A DNA stretch of 64,000 bases from an uncultured delta proteobacterium. Its GTDB lineage: Bacteria > Myxococcota_A > Polyangia > Fen-1088. The notes under the pieces were generated by a model. It saw only the letters and a list, made by a program, of their open reading frames with translations. It was not told the origin of the DNA and did not search any database. Numbering within the stretch: position 1 is the stretch's first letter; every line of letters starts with the position of its first letter. Made by a program: the position numbers and the translations under genes. The stretch spans positions 288,001 to 352,000 of the forward strand of contig CAVYGB010000008.1 in the NCBI GenBank assembly GCA_963767925.1. The letters run 5' to 3'. Below are positions 15,791 through 25,640 of the stretch, piece after piece.

Positions 15791-17647
15791 CTAGAAGCGC
15801 ACGCCCAGGAAGGCGCGCAGCACCTGGGCCGAGGTGGCGTCCTGCTTCTCGGGCCAGAGGCTCTGGCCCTGCAGCGAGGTGGTCAGGGGTCGGTTGAGCG
15901 CCCCCAGGGGCCAGAGGACACCCCAGGTCGCCCCGGCGTAGAACCCGTCGGCCGGGTTGCGGTAGTTGAGGCTCAGGTTCATCTCGACCCCGTAGGGAAA
16001 GGCGTTGCCGGGCGTGGAGACCGGCTCGACCGCCATGCTGTAGATGAAGGCGGCCGACAGCCCCACCTGCCGGCGCTCGGCCAGGTCGAGCCAGTAGGTC
16101 ATCTGCGGCTTGACGTAGGCGGCGTTGGTGACGGTGCCGATGATGCGCCGGAACAGGATCTCGTCGACGTGGTAGTCGGGCGAGAACTTGAAGTCGCTCA
16201 TCAGGTGGTCCCCGGCCGGCTGCCGCACCAGCTTCCAGCGATAGTTGAGGTAGGTGCGGGGGTCCTCGGCCTGGTCGCCGGTGGCTCCCCCGGTCTCGAA
16301 CCCCAGGAAGAAGGCGTTCTTGTACAGGCGCAGCTCGGTGGCCACCACCCAGCCGAGCTGGCGGAGGGTGAGGCGCTTGTTGGGATCGTCGGCGTCGACG
16401 AGGGGGCCGGCGTCCTCCACCTTGCCGAACACGCCCGAGGCCTCCGCCTCGACGGTGAGGGCCTTCCAGGCCAGCTTCATCCAGAGGCTGGGCAGGACCA
16501 CCAGCGCGTTGACGTTCTGGTTGATCGAGGGGGTGAGGTCCTCCCGCCCCGGGACGATGGCGCCGGTGCGGACGCGCTCGTCGGTGCTGTCGGCGTAGTC
16601 GTAGAGCTCGTGCCCCTGCTGGCGGAACACGATCTGGGTGCCGTAGTTGAACATCAGCTCGCCCTGCAGGGCTCGCTCCTGAAAGCGGCGCTCGTCGTCG
16701 AGGCGGGTGATGGCCAGCATGAGCTGGAAGACGTCGTCGCGCTGGGACAGGTCGAGGGGGGGGCCGTTGGGGTCGCGGGCGCCGAGGTCGATCAGGCCGA
16801 TGTGGTGGCCCTGGGCTCCGAAGTCCCAGGAGAGCGCGATCTGGTGGCCGTAGACCTGGGTCAAGGCGAGCACGCGGTCGACGGTGGTGCCCCCGTCGCA
16901 GTCCGGGCAGGAGCCGTTGTTGAAAGCGATACCCCGGCCGAAGTGCCAGGGCATCCGTCCGAAGCGGAGGGACCCGAACTCGCTGTCGACCTCACCCCAG
17001 GCCCGCTTGGCCCGGATGCCGGTGAGCAGGCCGTTGATGCCGACCTCGGGCGGGTCCTGGCTGCCCGAGAGCACCCCGATCGGCGCCCGTCCCGTGCGAT
17101 CCCCCGGCCGGCGGGCGTTGATCAGGGAGTCGGGCGTCGAGCCCATGAGGGTGTTGTCGAACACGTCGACCTGCGCCACCACCCGGACCTGGTCGGTCAC
17201 GTTCACGGTGGGGTCGAGCCGCAGCCGCAGGTTGGCGCCGCCCAGGTTCTTGGAGCCACAGGGGGTCTCCTCGACGGCGCACTCCAGGGGGAGGGGGAAG
17301 GGGGGCGTACGCCGGTCGCTGGCGTTGACGAAGTAGGTCTGGTTGAGGTGCAGCTTGTGGAAGAAGTCCGAGCGCAAGCGGAAGTACCCGTCGAGCTGGA
17401 TAACCTGCCTGACGCGCCTGGCCTGACCGGGGTACCCCCCCAGCGGCTCGAGATCGCTCGGCTCTTGCGACTCCTGGTCGGGGGCCTCCTCGGCGGGGCC
17501 CTCTTCCTTGGGTTCCTCTCCCATGGGCTGGGGCCCCATCCCGCCAGGAGGCATGCCTCCTGGCTGACCGCCGAACTGCGCGTGAGCCGCCGAGGCGAAG
17601 AGCAGGGTACCGGACAGAAAAGCGAAGGTGGTAACGGCTTGCCTCAA
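15791..17647 (-). CDS. TIGR04551-like myxobacterial outer-membrane beta-barrel protein
   Basis: TTG start after AAGGAG and a signal peptide (AAHAQ). Motifs LDGYFRLR, NLRLRLDPT, MGSTPD, KRAWGEV, LRFGRMP and CPDCD; C-terminal FLGVRF. Family recalled from motifs. Confidence 0.7.
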   Translation of the reverse strand: MRQAVTTFAFLSGTLLFASAAHAQFGGQPGGMPPGGMGPQPMGEEPKEEGPAEEAPDQESQEPSDLEPLGGYPGQARRVRQVIQLDGYFRLRSDFFHKLHLNQTYFVNASDRRTPPFPLPLECAVEETPCGSKNLGGANLRLRLDPTVNVTDQVRVVAQVDVFDNTLMGSTPDSLINARRPGDRTGRAPIGVLSGSQDPPEVGINGLLTGIRAKRAWGEVDSEFGSLRFGRMPWHFGRGIAFNNGSCPDCDGGTTVDRVLALTQVYGHQIALSWDFGAQGHHIGLIDLGARDPNGPPLDLSQRDDVFQLMLAITRLDDERRFQERALQGELMFNYGTQIVFRQQGHELYDYADSTDERVRTGAIVPGREDLTPSINQNVNALVVLPSLWMKLAWKALTVEAEASGVFGKVEDAGPLVDADDPNKRLTLRQLGWVVATELRLYKNAFFLGFETGGATGDQAEDPRTYLNYRWKLVRQPAGDHLMSDFKFSPDYHVDEILFRRIIGTVTNAAYVKPQMTYWLDLAERRQVGLSAAFIYSMAVEPVSTPGNAFPYGVEMNLSLNYRNPADGFYAGATWGVLWPLGALNRPLTTSLQGQSLWPEKQDATSAQVLRAFLGVRF

Positions 17648-17669
17648 GCGGATCTCCTTGGAGAGAGCA

Positions 17670-18080
17670 TCAGAGCTTCTGACACAGCTCGAACAGAACG
17701 CCCCCGGTGGCCTTGGGGTGCAGGAAAGCGACGAGATGTCCACGCGCGCCCGTGCGCGGCGCCTCGTCGATGAGCGCCACCCCCTGGGCCTTCAGCTCGG
17801 CCAGGGCGGCGGGCAGGTCGTCCACCTCGAAGCAGATGTGGTGGAGGCCTGGCCCCCGCTTGCTCAGGAAGCGTTCGAGGCCGGCGTTGCCGTTCGGGCA
17901 GATGAGCTCGATCTCGGCGCCCGGCCCCTCGGTCTGCAGGAAGAGCACCTCGGTGTTCTGGTTGGCCACGTTCTCGCGGGCCCCGGTCGCGAGCCCGAAC
18001 AGCCGTCCGAGGGCGGATGCGGTGGGCGCGAGATCGGTTACGGCGATCGCCACATGGTCGATGGTTTTGACCTTGGTCAT
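17670..18080 (-). CDS. mce: Methylmalonyl-CoA epimerase
   Basis: IDHVAIAV, FLSKRGPGLHHICFEVDD and AFLHPKATGGVLFEL. Confidence 0.9.
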   Translation of the reverse strand: MTKVKTIDHVAIAVTDLAPTASALGRLFGLATGARENVANQNTEVLFLQTEGPGAEIELICPNGNAGLERFLSKRGPGLHHICFEVDDLPAALAELKAQGVALIDEAPRTGARGHLVAFLHPKATGGVLFELCQKL

Positions 18081-18245
18081 GAACGGGCTCCTCGCCGCCC
18101 GGGCTGGGGAGCGACGTCGTGCGAAGTGGGCACGTTATAACAGCCCGGCTTCTCGTCGGAAACCCCCCTGGCTGGGCCCCGGCGCGGGAAAGGGGCCTCC
18201 GGCCGTGAGGCTGGTCCCGGGGAGGGCCAGGTGTATGATGACCGT

Positions 18246-19370
18246 GTGACGTCCGACGAATTGCGGGGGAGCTGCGGCCAGCTCCTGTGCGTCGGGTTCG
18301 AGGGCCCGGCCGCCCCCGCCGAGCTCCTGGGCCGGGTGGCCCGCTCGGAGGTGGGGACGGTGGTGCTGTTCCGCCCGAACGTGGAGAGCCCGCCCCAGGT
18401 GGCGGGCCTGGTGGCCGCGCTCCGGGGGGCGGCGCCCGCCGCCCTCCCGCTGGCGATCGCCGTCGACCAGGAAGGGGGCGCCGTGCAGCGGCTGCGGTCG
18501 CCGCTCACCGAGTGGCCCGACATGCTGGCGCTGGCCGCCGCCGGCGATCTCGAGCGGACCTTCGCGGTGGGCCGGGCCCTGGGCGGCGAGCTCGCGCTGC
18601 TGGGGATCGGCTGGAACTTCGCCCCGGTGCTCGACGTCCACACCAACCCGGCCAACCCGGTCATCGGCCGGCGCGCGTTTGGCAGCGAGGTGGCGACCGT
18701 GATCAGCCACGCCCTGTCCTTCTGGCGGGGGCTGGGCAGCGCCGGTGTACTGGGATGTGGGAAACACTTTCCCGGGCACGGCGACACCCACCTCGATTCG
18801 CACCACCACCTGCCGGTGGTCGACCATCCCGAGCGGCGGCTGCTCGACGTGGAGCTGGCGCCTTTTGCCGCCGCGGTGCAGGCGGGGATCGAGTCCCTCA
18901 TGGTGGCCCACGTGGTGTTCCCCGCCTTCGATTCCGTCCGCCCCGCCTCGCTCTCGAAGGCCATCGTCGGGGGGCTGCTGCGCGGGCGGCTGGGCTGGAA
19001 GGGTCTGCTCTGCAGCGACGACCTCGGCATGAAGGCGGTGGCCGACCGCTGGGCGATCGAAGATCTGGTGTGTGAAGGCGTCCGGGCCGGCGTCGATCAC
19101 TTCATCGTGCGCGGTCCGATCGAGCGGCAGCAGGCCGCCTGGGAGGCGCTCGTGCGCGGGGCCGAGCGCGACCCCGAGCTGCGCGCGTGTGTGCAGGTGA
19201 GCGCAGGCCGGGTGGCGGCGTTCAAGGCTCGCCTGCGCGTGCCCCTCCCGGCCACCGCCGAGCGCCTCGCGACCGCCTTCCCGTCGGCGGAGCACCGGGC
19301 GCTGGCCGCGTCCTTCTCGGGGGCCCTGGATGCCACCGCTGCCTCGAGCTCGCCGGTGACGAGCGCGTAG
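18246..19370 (+). CDS. nagZ: Beta-N-acetylhexosaminidase (GH3, NagZ)
   Basis: AVDQEGGAVQRL, NFAPVLDV, KHFPGHGDTHLDSH and SDDLGMKA. Confidence 0.9.
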   Translation: MTSDELRGSCGQLLCVGFEGPAAPAELLGRVARSEVGTVVLFRPNVESPPQVAGLVAALRGAAPAALPLAIAVDQEGGAVQRLRSPLTEWPDMLALAAAGDLERTFAVGRALGGELALLGIGWNFAPVLDVHTNPANPVIGRRAFGSEVATVISHALSFWRGLGSAGVLGCGKHFPGHGDTHLDSHHHLPVVDHPERRLLDVELAPFAAAVQAGIESLMVAHVVFPAFDSVRPASLSKAIVGGLLRGRLGWKGLLCSDDLGMKAVADRWAIEDLVCEGVRAGVDHFIVRGPIERQQAAWEALVRGAERDPELRACVQVSAGRVAAFKARLRVPLPATAERLATAFPSAEHRALAASFSGALDATAASSSPVTSA

Positions 19371-19537
19371 CCGATCGCTCTCGCCAAGAAATCGACGAGA
19401 CGAGCACGAGACGAGCACGGGAAAAAAAACGACGGCGGCGCCGGCTCCGACGACGGAGAATGCTGGCCTCGCCTCCCGCGGTGAGGTATAGGCTTTCGAA
19501 CGCGTGTTCTTCTCTCAGGGGGTGGGAGTGATACCGA

Positions 19538-20932
19538 ATGCTCGCCATCCTGATCGCGGACGCTGAAAGCGCGATCCTCGACTCTCTGTACGATCTGCTC
19601 ACCACCGCGGGACATTCCGTGACGACCGCCCGCGAGCGCGATGAGGCATTCAGCCTCATCCGCGATGAGGTGTTCGATCTCGTCATCTTCGATGTCCCGA
19701 CGGCGGGCATGGACGGTTTGACCCTGCTGCGAACCTTGCGGCGGGCCGCGCCCGATGCGGAGATCATCCTGGTCACCCGATTTGCCACCGTGCCCGACGC
19801 GATCGCCGCGATCCGGGCGCGGGCCCTGGACTATTTACCCAAGCCAATCGACTCGACCAGCCTGCTGGCCCACCTCGGGCGGATAGAGAGCGCCGCCCGC
19901 CTGCGGCGCTCGCTGCGGGCCAACGAGCGCGACCACAGTCTGGGCAGCGCCCCCGAGGCGATCGTGGGCCGCTCGCCCGAGATGACCCGGCTGCGTGAGC
20001 ACATCGGGGTGATCGCCGGCAGCGAATCGCCGGTCCTCATCACCGGCGAGAGCGGGACGGGCAAGGAGCTGGTGGCCCGGGCGGTCCACCAGCAAAGCTC
20101 CCGCCATCAGGGGGCGCTGGTGACGGTGAACTGCGGAGCCTTGCCGACCGCGCTCATCGAGTCCGAGCTGTTCGGTCACGAGCGGGGGGCCTTCACCGGG
20201 GCCGAGCGGCGGCGCAACGGGCGGTTCCTCGCCGCCGACAAGGGGACGCTCTTCCTCGACGAGGTGGCGGACCTACCCCTCGAGGCGCAGGTCAAGCTCC
20301 TGCGCGTGCTCGAGGAGGGGTGCTTCCAGCCGGTGGGGACCAACCGCACGATCCGGGTCGACGTGCGGGTGCTGTCGGCGACGAACCAGGACCTTCGCCA
20401 GCTCGTCAGTCAGGGCAAGTTCCGGGGGGACCTCTATTACCGCCTGCGGGTCTTCGAGGTCACGTTGCCGCCGCTGCGGGCCCGCACCAAGGACCTGCCC
20501 CTCCTGGTCGAGCATTTTACCAAGCGGTATGCCCGGTCGGGGGAGGCCCGGCTGGGGCTGTCGGCCGCAGCCTGGGCGGCCATGCTCGACTACCCCTTCC
20601 CGGGCAACGTGCGCGAGCTCGAGAACGCCATCAACCACGCGGTCACGCTGGCGCGGGGGAGCAACGAGATCGATCTACAGCACCTGCCCCCCGAGATCCG
20701 GGATCCCGACGAGCACGGCAGCTTCGTGCCCCCTTCGCTCTCGCGGGCGGTCGAGCGGTTCGAGCGGGACTACATCCGCCGGGCGCTGGCCATCGCCGGC
20801 GGCGAGGAGGAGCAGGCAGCCAAGATCCTCGGCATCTCCGGCAGCTCCTTGCAGGACAAGCTCGGGCAGCCGGGCCGGGCGGCCGACGATCCGGACGGTG
20901 AGCCAGGCAAGAACAAGGGCGGGACCTCTTAA
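19538..20932 (+). CDS. Sigma-54-dependent response regulator (receiver, AAA+, Fis-type HTH)
   Basis: N-terminal receiver domain, then [40 protein letters not shown] and [10 protein letters not shown]. Confidence 0.93.
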   Translation: MLAILIADAESAILDSLYDLLTTAGHSVTTARERDEAFSLIRDEVFDLVIFDVPTAGMDGLTLLRTLRRAAPDAEIILVTRFATVPDAIAAIRARALDYLPKPIDSTSLLAHLGRIESAARLRRSLRANERDHSLGSAPEAIVGRSPEMTRLREHIGVIAGSESPVLITGESGTGKELVARAVHQQSSRHQGALVTVNCGALPTALIESELFGHERGAFTGAERRRNGRFLAADKGTLFLDEVADLPLEAQVKLLRVLEEGCFQPVGTNRTIRVDVRVLSATNQDLRQLVSQGKFRGDLYYRLRVFEVTLPPLRARTKDLPLLVEHFTKRYARSGEARLGLSAAAWAAMLDYPFPGNVRELENAINHAVTLARGSNEIDLQHLPPEIRDPDEHGSFVPPSLSRAVERFERDYIRRALAIAGGEEEQAAKILGISGSSLQDKLGQPGRAADDPDGEPGKNKGGTS

Positions 20933-21102
20933 CGTCGTGCCCGGAGGGGGGGCCAGTTTGGCCCCCCTTCGACCGGGCCAGGCCCGGCCGGGCCGGGACC
21001 CAATCCGGAGCGCGGGAGGCGAAAGCGCGCGTCTTCTCGGGGCTCCGCCGGTGTTTACCGCCTCGGCGTGGTGGGCGGTCCCTGTTAAGATTCCAACCCA
21101 CC

Positions 21103-21786
21103 ATGAAGCTGGTCATCGGCAACAAGAACTACTCATCCTGGTCATTCCGACCCTGGATGGTCCTCAAGCAGGCGGGGATCCCCTTCGAGGAGGAGCTGAT
21201 CAGCTTCAACGATCCGACGTTCGGGGCCCGTGTCCGTCGGGTCTCTCCCTCGGGCCGGGTCCCGGTGCTGGTGGATGGCTCCCTGACGGTCTGGGACAGC
21301 CTGGCCATCGTCGAATACCTGGCCGAGAAGTTCCCCGACCGGCGGCTGTGGCCGGCCAATCCGGCGGCCCGGGCGGTGGCCCGTTCCCTGTGCGCGGAGA
21401 TGCACTCGGGCTTCGCGCTGCTGCGCTCCTCGCTGCCGATGAACTTCCAGGTGAGCCTGCCGGGGGCGGGGTGGAACGTGAAGGTGCAGAAGGAGATCGA
21501 TCGCATGGCGGCGATGTGGGAGGACACCCGGGCCCGCTTCGGGGCGAGCGGCTCCCTGCTGTTCGGGGCCTTCACCATCGCCGACGCCTTCTTCGCGCCG
21601 GTGGTGCCCCGGTTCACGGCCTACGCCGTGAAGCTGCCTCCGGTGGCGCAGGCCTACGCGGAGGCCCTGGCGGCGCTGCCCGCCTACCAGGAGTGGGCGG
21701 TCGCCGCCCGCGCCGAGGACGACTTCTTTCCACCCGACGAGCCCTATCGCCAGGCGCCCGATCGCGCTCCGGCCCGCCGGTCATGA
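21103..21786 (+). CDS. Glutathione S-transferase family protein
   Basis: IGNKNYSSWSFRPW, SPSGRVPVL, WDSLAIVEYL, AEMHSGF and FTIADAFFAP. Confidence 0.92.
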   Translation: MKLVIGNKNYSSWSFRPWMVLKQAGIPFEEELISFNDPTFGARVRRVSPSGRVPVLVDGSLTVWDSLAIVEYLAEKFPDRRLWPANPAARAVARSLCAEMHSGFALLRSSLPMNFQVSLPGAGWNVKVQKEIDRMAAMWEDTRARFGASGSLLFGAFTIADAFFAPVVPRFTAYAVKLPPVAQAYAEALAALPAYQEWAVAARAEDDFFPPDEPYRQAPDRAPARRS

Positions 21787-22274
21787 GGCGGCCCGGCTCG
21801 GCGGACGACCCCAACAACCAGGAGCTGGTCCGGGCGGCCTTCCTGTGCGACTTCGTGCGCGTCCGCGCGCTGCTGGCGGACGGGGCCGATCCGGACACGC
21901 CCGATCAGGACGGCCGCTCGCCCCTCTTCTCGGCGGTGCTGGGCAACAGCGTCGGCGTGCTGGCGCTCCTGCTCGAGTCGGGGGCCGATCCCAACCTGCG
22001 GGACAACGACGGCTGGACGGCCCTGCACTTCGCCGCCCAGGAGAGCGTCCCCGAGGTCGCCCGCATCCTGCTGGCCCGGGGGGCCGACCCCAATGTCCAG
22101 GACAACGACGGGGCCACCCCGCTGTGGCGGGCCGTCCAGGGCTCCCGCGAGCGCAACGAGATGTGCAACGTGCTCCGCCAGTCGGGGGCCAAGGACGACA
22201 TCCCCAACAACAGCGGCGAGACCCCCCGCGACCTCGCCGAACGCATGGGGTTTCCCCTCTTCACCGCGAACTGA
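21783..22274 (+). CDS. Ankyrin repeat protein
   Basis: ATGA overlap with the GST gene. Repeats GADP...DGRSPL, DGWTALHFAA, DGATPLWRA and GETPRDLA. Confidence 0.85.
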   Translation: MRRPGSADDPNNQELVRAAFLCDFVRVRALLADGADPDTPDQDGRSPLFSAVLGNSVGVLALLLESGADPNLRDNDGWTALHFAAQESVPEVARILLARGADPNVQDNDGATPLWRAVQGSRERNEMCNVLRQSGAKDDIPNNSGETPRDLAERMGFPLFTAN

Positions 22275-22294
22275 GGCCAGCAGCCCGATCCCCG

Positions 22295-23395
22295 TCAGTA
22301 GGTGACGGCGGGGAAGTCGGTGCGGGCTTTCTGGTACTGGGCCTCCCAGGCGGCGCCGAAGGCCTGGGTGGCCTGGGCGTGGCAATCGAAGGCGGCGGCG
22401 CCGCACATGAAGTGCACGTATTCCCCGAAGTTCAGGTTCCGGGCGAAGCGGCGGCCGTTCTTCGGCAGGTGCATGGCCACGAGCTGGAAGAACTTCGAGA
22501 GCATCTGTACCCCGCCGTGGTCTTTCCACAGGGGGTAATACCAGTCCCGGAACCAGCGGGTGCCGGCCCGGGGGAAGCTGTCGGTCGTGTTCATGAAGCG
22601 GTTGAACAGGCGCTGGGCATCCTGGGTCATGCCCAGGCCGAGGTAGAGGTCGTACTGGTAGATCTCGGCCCACTTGCTGTCGCCCCAGACGTTGAAGGCG
22701 GGCGAGCCCTGGGCGCCGTTGTTGGCGCTCTCCACGACATGGCCGATCTCGTGGCTGGGGATGTCGTAGGCCCCCTCGTTCCAGGGGCCCGGTCCGCAGT
22801 CGCTGACGTTGCGGTTGTCGTGGGAGGCGTCGAAGTAATAGGACGGGTGCCCGCCCGGATACCGGCCCTGGTGCGAGATCTGGTAGATGCGGGGATCGGG
22901 GCCGAAGTTGTCGCCGTAGACCCGCTTGGTGTATTGCCAGGCCCGGCTCACGAACGACAGGAGCCACTCGGCGTTGGCCCGGGGCACGTCGTCGTCGAAG
23001 TACAGCGCGGCGTGGTCGTCGTAGCCGACCAGCTTGACCACCTGGTTGTGCTCGAACCAGTGCTCCTGCCACTCGGACTGGGGGGGCGGCAGGGTGCGGG
23101 CGCCCGCGTCGGGGCCGCCCGCGGCGTCCGGGCGCCGGCCGTCGCCGGGCGGCCGATCGGGCCCCCGGTCGGCCGGTCGGGCATCGCGGTTCCCCCCGGC
23201 TCCCCCGGCGCCGCCAGCTCCTCCCGCGCCGCCGGCTCCCCCCGCGCCGGCGGTCCCGCCGCCCGTCGCTCCGGTCCCGCCCCGGCCTCCGGTGGCGGCA
23301 GCGTCCGGATCGGCCGGGCCGTCGTCGTCGCAGCCCAGCGGTCCGGCCAGGACGAGCAGCAACAGGGCGGGCGGGACAAGGGTGGCTCTCTGCAT
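22295..23395 (-). CDS. Lipoprotein with Gly/Ala linker and HEXXH zinc-metallopeptidase-like domain
   Basis: Lipobox-like PLGC, a GAGGAGG linker, then an aromatic-rich domain with SHEIGHVVE and downstream WAE. Confidence 0.65.
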   Translation of the reverse strand: MQRATLVPPALLLLVLAGPLGCDDDGPADPDAAATGGRGGTGATGGGTAGAGGAGGAGGAGGAGGAGGNRDARPADRGPDRPPGDGRRPDAAGGPDAGARTLPPPQSEWQEHWFEHNQVVKLVGYDDHAALYFDDDVPRANAEWLLSFVSRAWQYTKRVYGDNFGPDPRIYQISHQGRYPGGHPSYYFDASHDNRNVSDCGPGPWNEGAYDIPSHEIGHVVESANNGAQGSPAFNVWGDSKWAEIYQYDLYLGLGMTQDAQRLFNRFMNTTDSFPRAGTRWFRDWYYPLWKDHGGVQMLSKFFQLVAMHLPKNGRRFARNLNFGEYVHFMCGAAAFDCHAQATQAFGAAWEAQYQKARTDFPAVTY

Positions 23396-23501
23396 CGGGG
23401 TTCCTCCAGCGTGGACCGGTGTCTTCTCCGGGCACGCCGTTGCACGTGCGACCTCGCCTTACGTTCCGGCCGGGATGCCGGAACTTCGCTCGCCAGGCGC
23501 G

Positions 23502-25634
23502 TCAGCGTTCGGCGGCGATGATCGGGCGGCGCCAGCGGAGGGTGAGGAGCGACTCGAACAGGACCAGCACGATGAGCAGGCCAGCCAGGGCGTGCCAGAG
23601 CTCGACGCGGCGCTTGGGCGGCGGGCCCTCGACCCGGGCGGTGGCCTTCTTGTCGGGCCGCTTGTCCGGCGTCAGGCGCTGGGGGTTGGATTCGCGGGGG
23701 TCGAGGTTGACCACGAAGCCGTCGGACGGCCGGTCGGTCAACATGCCGTCGGCCCCCGCGCTGCGCACCCGGTAGGCGCCCGGCTCGTCGGTCTCGGTGA
23801 ACAGGACGTTGCGGGTGCCGCCCCCCCGATCCTTGCTGGCCACCCAGACCGAGCCGTCTGGCTTGGTGATCTCGAGCCGCCGTTCCTCGGGCGACAGGGG
23901 GATCTCGCGCCGCTGACCGACGGTGAGCACCGAGGTGCCGCTGCGCTCGGAGGTCCCGGCCAGGCGCCGGGCCGCCTCCTGCACGAGGGGGAGGAACCCG
24001 GCGCGGATGGGCAGGTCGGTCCACTCCCTGTCGATGGTGGTGCTGAGGAGCATCACCCGCCCCTTGCCGAGGCTCTTTTCCACCAGGGCGGGCGCGCCCG
24101 TGTCGTAGCGCAGGACCACCACCGACTGGGCGGTGTCGGGCACCGGCTCGAGCAGGAGGAACTTGAAGAAGCGGGCCGAGGAGAGCCCCTCGCCCCGCGA
24201 GGGGAAGGCCGACAGCAGCGGGTGGCGGCGGTCCAGGGGGGCCAGCCGGGCGGCCGGCCGATCGTCGATTGTCTCGCCGACAACCTGACCGGGCAGGGCG
24301 GTGGCGGTGCGCGAGACGCTGAGGGGCTGGGGCAGCAGGGGGCCCAGGCGATCGTTCCAGATCGGGAGGTTGACGCGCGACCCGACCGACAGGAAGAGGC
24401 CGCCGCCCCGCTGGACGTAGCGGACCAGGGCCGCCGCCAGGGGGGCGCTCGGCTCGGCCACGTTGACCAGGAAGACGACGTTGTAGCTCTCGAGGGCGGC
24501 GGGGGCGACGTCGTCGGGCAGGGCCGAGACAACCGAGGTGGTCCGATCGCTGGCTCGCAGGGCGGTCTCGAGGAAGTAGGCCTCGTCCTCCCGCAGGACG
24601 GTCCGGGCGTCGCCGTTGATCACGAGGACCCGCAGGGCGTCGGACAGCTCGAGCCGGGCCCAGCGCCGGTCGTCGAGGGGGAAGTCGTCGCGATCGATGC
24701 TGACCTCGACGTCGTGGGACCCGGCCGCCCCGGCGACGCTGTGGACGAAGGTCTTCTTCTGCCGGCCGGAGGCGGAGAACTCCACGAAGCCCTTCGCCAC
24801 AACGGCGCCGTCGATGCGCAGCACCAGCCCCAGTGAGCTGGCCGGCCTGGCCGAATAGTCGGCCACCTCGGCCTCGACCGATACCGCGCCGGTGCCCAGG
24901 TCGACCGCGGGCTGTGCCGTCACCTTGACCACCGCCCGGTTGTTCCAGGAGAAGGGCTCGGCCACGTCGACCAGCACGAGGTCGGGATCGCCCTCCCGGC
25001 GGGGCGGCCCGTCTTCGCCCCAGCCGGCCGCCTGCAGGTCGGTGATCACGAAGACCCGTCGCTCCGCGCGGCGCGAGGTGGTCAAGATGAGGGCGGCCCG
25101 GCGCAGCGCCTGCACGTAGTCCGCCGCCCGGGCGCTGGCCCGCGCGCCGTCGAGGGCCTGCAGCAGGCGGGTGCGCTCGAGCGACAGCTCGCCGACCCGG
25201 GGCTCGCTCCCCTCGGAGGCCAGCAGCAGCGCCACCTCGGCGTCCTTCGGCAGCTCCTGCAGCAGGCGGCGCGCGCGATCTTTGGCCCGCTCGAACACGG
25301 CGCTGCCGTCGGCCTCCCGGCGCATGCTCGCCGAGTCGTCGAGCACGATGACGGCGCTCTCGGCGCTCAGGCTCTCCTCGGTGAGATCGGAGACCCGCTC
25401 GGCGAAGGGACGGGCGAAGATGAGCGGCAAGGCGGCGGCGATCCCGGTGCGGGCCACCAGCAACAGGATCTCGCGCAGGCGGCGCCGGGCGGCCACCTTG
25501 CGCTCGGCCATCAGCAGGAGCTGCATGGCCGCGAACTTGACCGGGGTGGCCCTTCGCTTGCCGATGAGGTGCACGAGCCAGGGCAGGGCGGCGGCCGCCA
25601 GGCCGAGGAGGATGGAAGGCGCTAGAAAGCCCAT
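23502..25634 (-). CDS. BatA N-terminal plus vWA domain membrane protein
   Basis: LPWLVHL...KFAA, MIDAS-like VLDDSASM, VITDLQ, GATase-like YVQRGGGL...GKGRV, VVNLDPRES and a C-terminal TM helix. Confidence 0.85.
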   Translation of the reverse strand: MGFLAPSILLGLAAAALPWLVHLIGKRRATPVKFAAMQLLLMAERKVAARRRLREILLLVARTGIAAALPLIFARPFAERVSDLTEESLSAESAVIVLDDSASMRREADGSAVFERAKDRARRLLQELPKDAEVALLLASEGSEPRVGELSLERTRLLQALDGARASARAADYVQALRRAALILTTSRRAERRVFVITDLQAAGWGEDGPPRREGDPDLVLVDVAEPFSWNNRAVVKVTAQPAVDLGTGAVSVEAEVADYSARPASSLGLVLRIDGAVVAKGFVEFSASGRQKKTFVHSVAGAAGSHDVEVSIDRDDFPLDDRRWARLELSDALRVLVINGDARTVLREDEAYFLETALRASDRTTSVVSALPDDVAPAALESYNVVFLVNVAEPSAPLAAALVRYVQRGGGLFLSVGSRVNLPIWNDRLGPLLPQPLSVSRTATALPGQVVGETIDDRPAARLAPLDRRHPLLSAFPSRGEGLSSARFFKFLLLEPVPDTAQSVVVLRYDTGAPALVEKSLGKGRVMLLSTTIDREWTDLPIRAGFLPLVQEAARRLAGTSERSGTSVLTVGQRREIPLSPEERRLEITKPDGSVWVASKDRGGGTRNVLFTETDEPGAYRVRSAGADGMLTDRPSDGFVVNLDPRESNPQRLTPDKRPDKKATARVEGPPPKRRVELWHALAGLLIVLVLFESLLTLRWRRPIIAAER

Positions 25635-25640
25635 CGCCGG

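Noticed and set aside
23180..23300. GC-rich repeats as a DNA element
   Set aside because: They simply encode the GAGGAGG protein linker.
21783..23395. Ankyrin plus HEXXH protein as a toxin-immunity pair
   Set aside because: They are convergent, and the ankyrin gene is translationally coupled to the GST gene instead.
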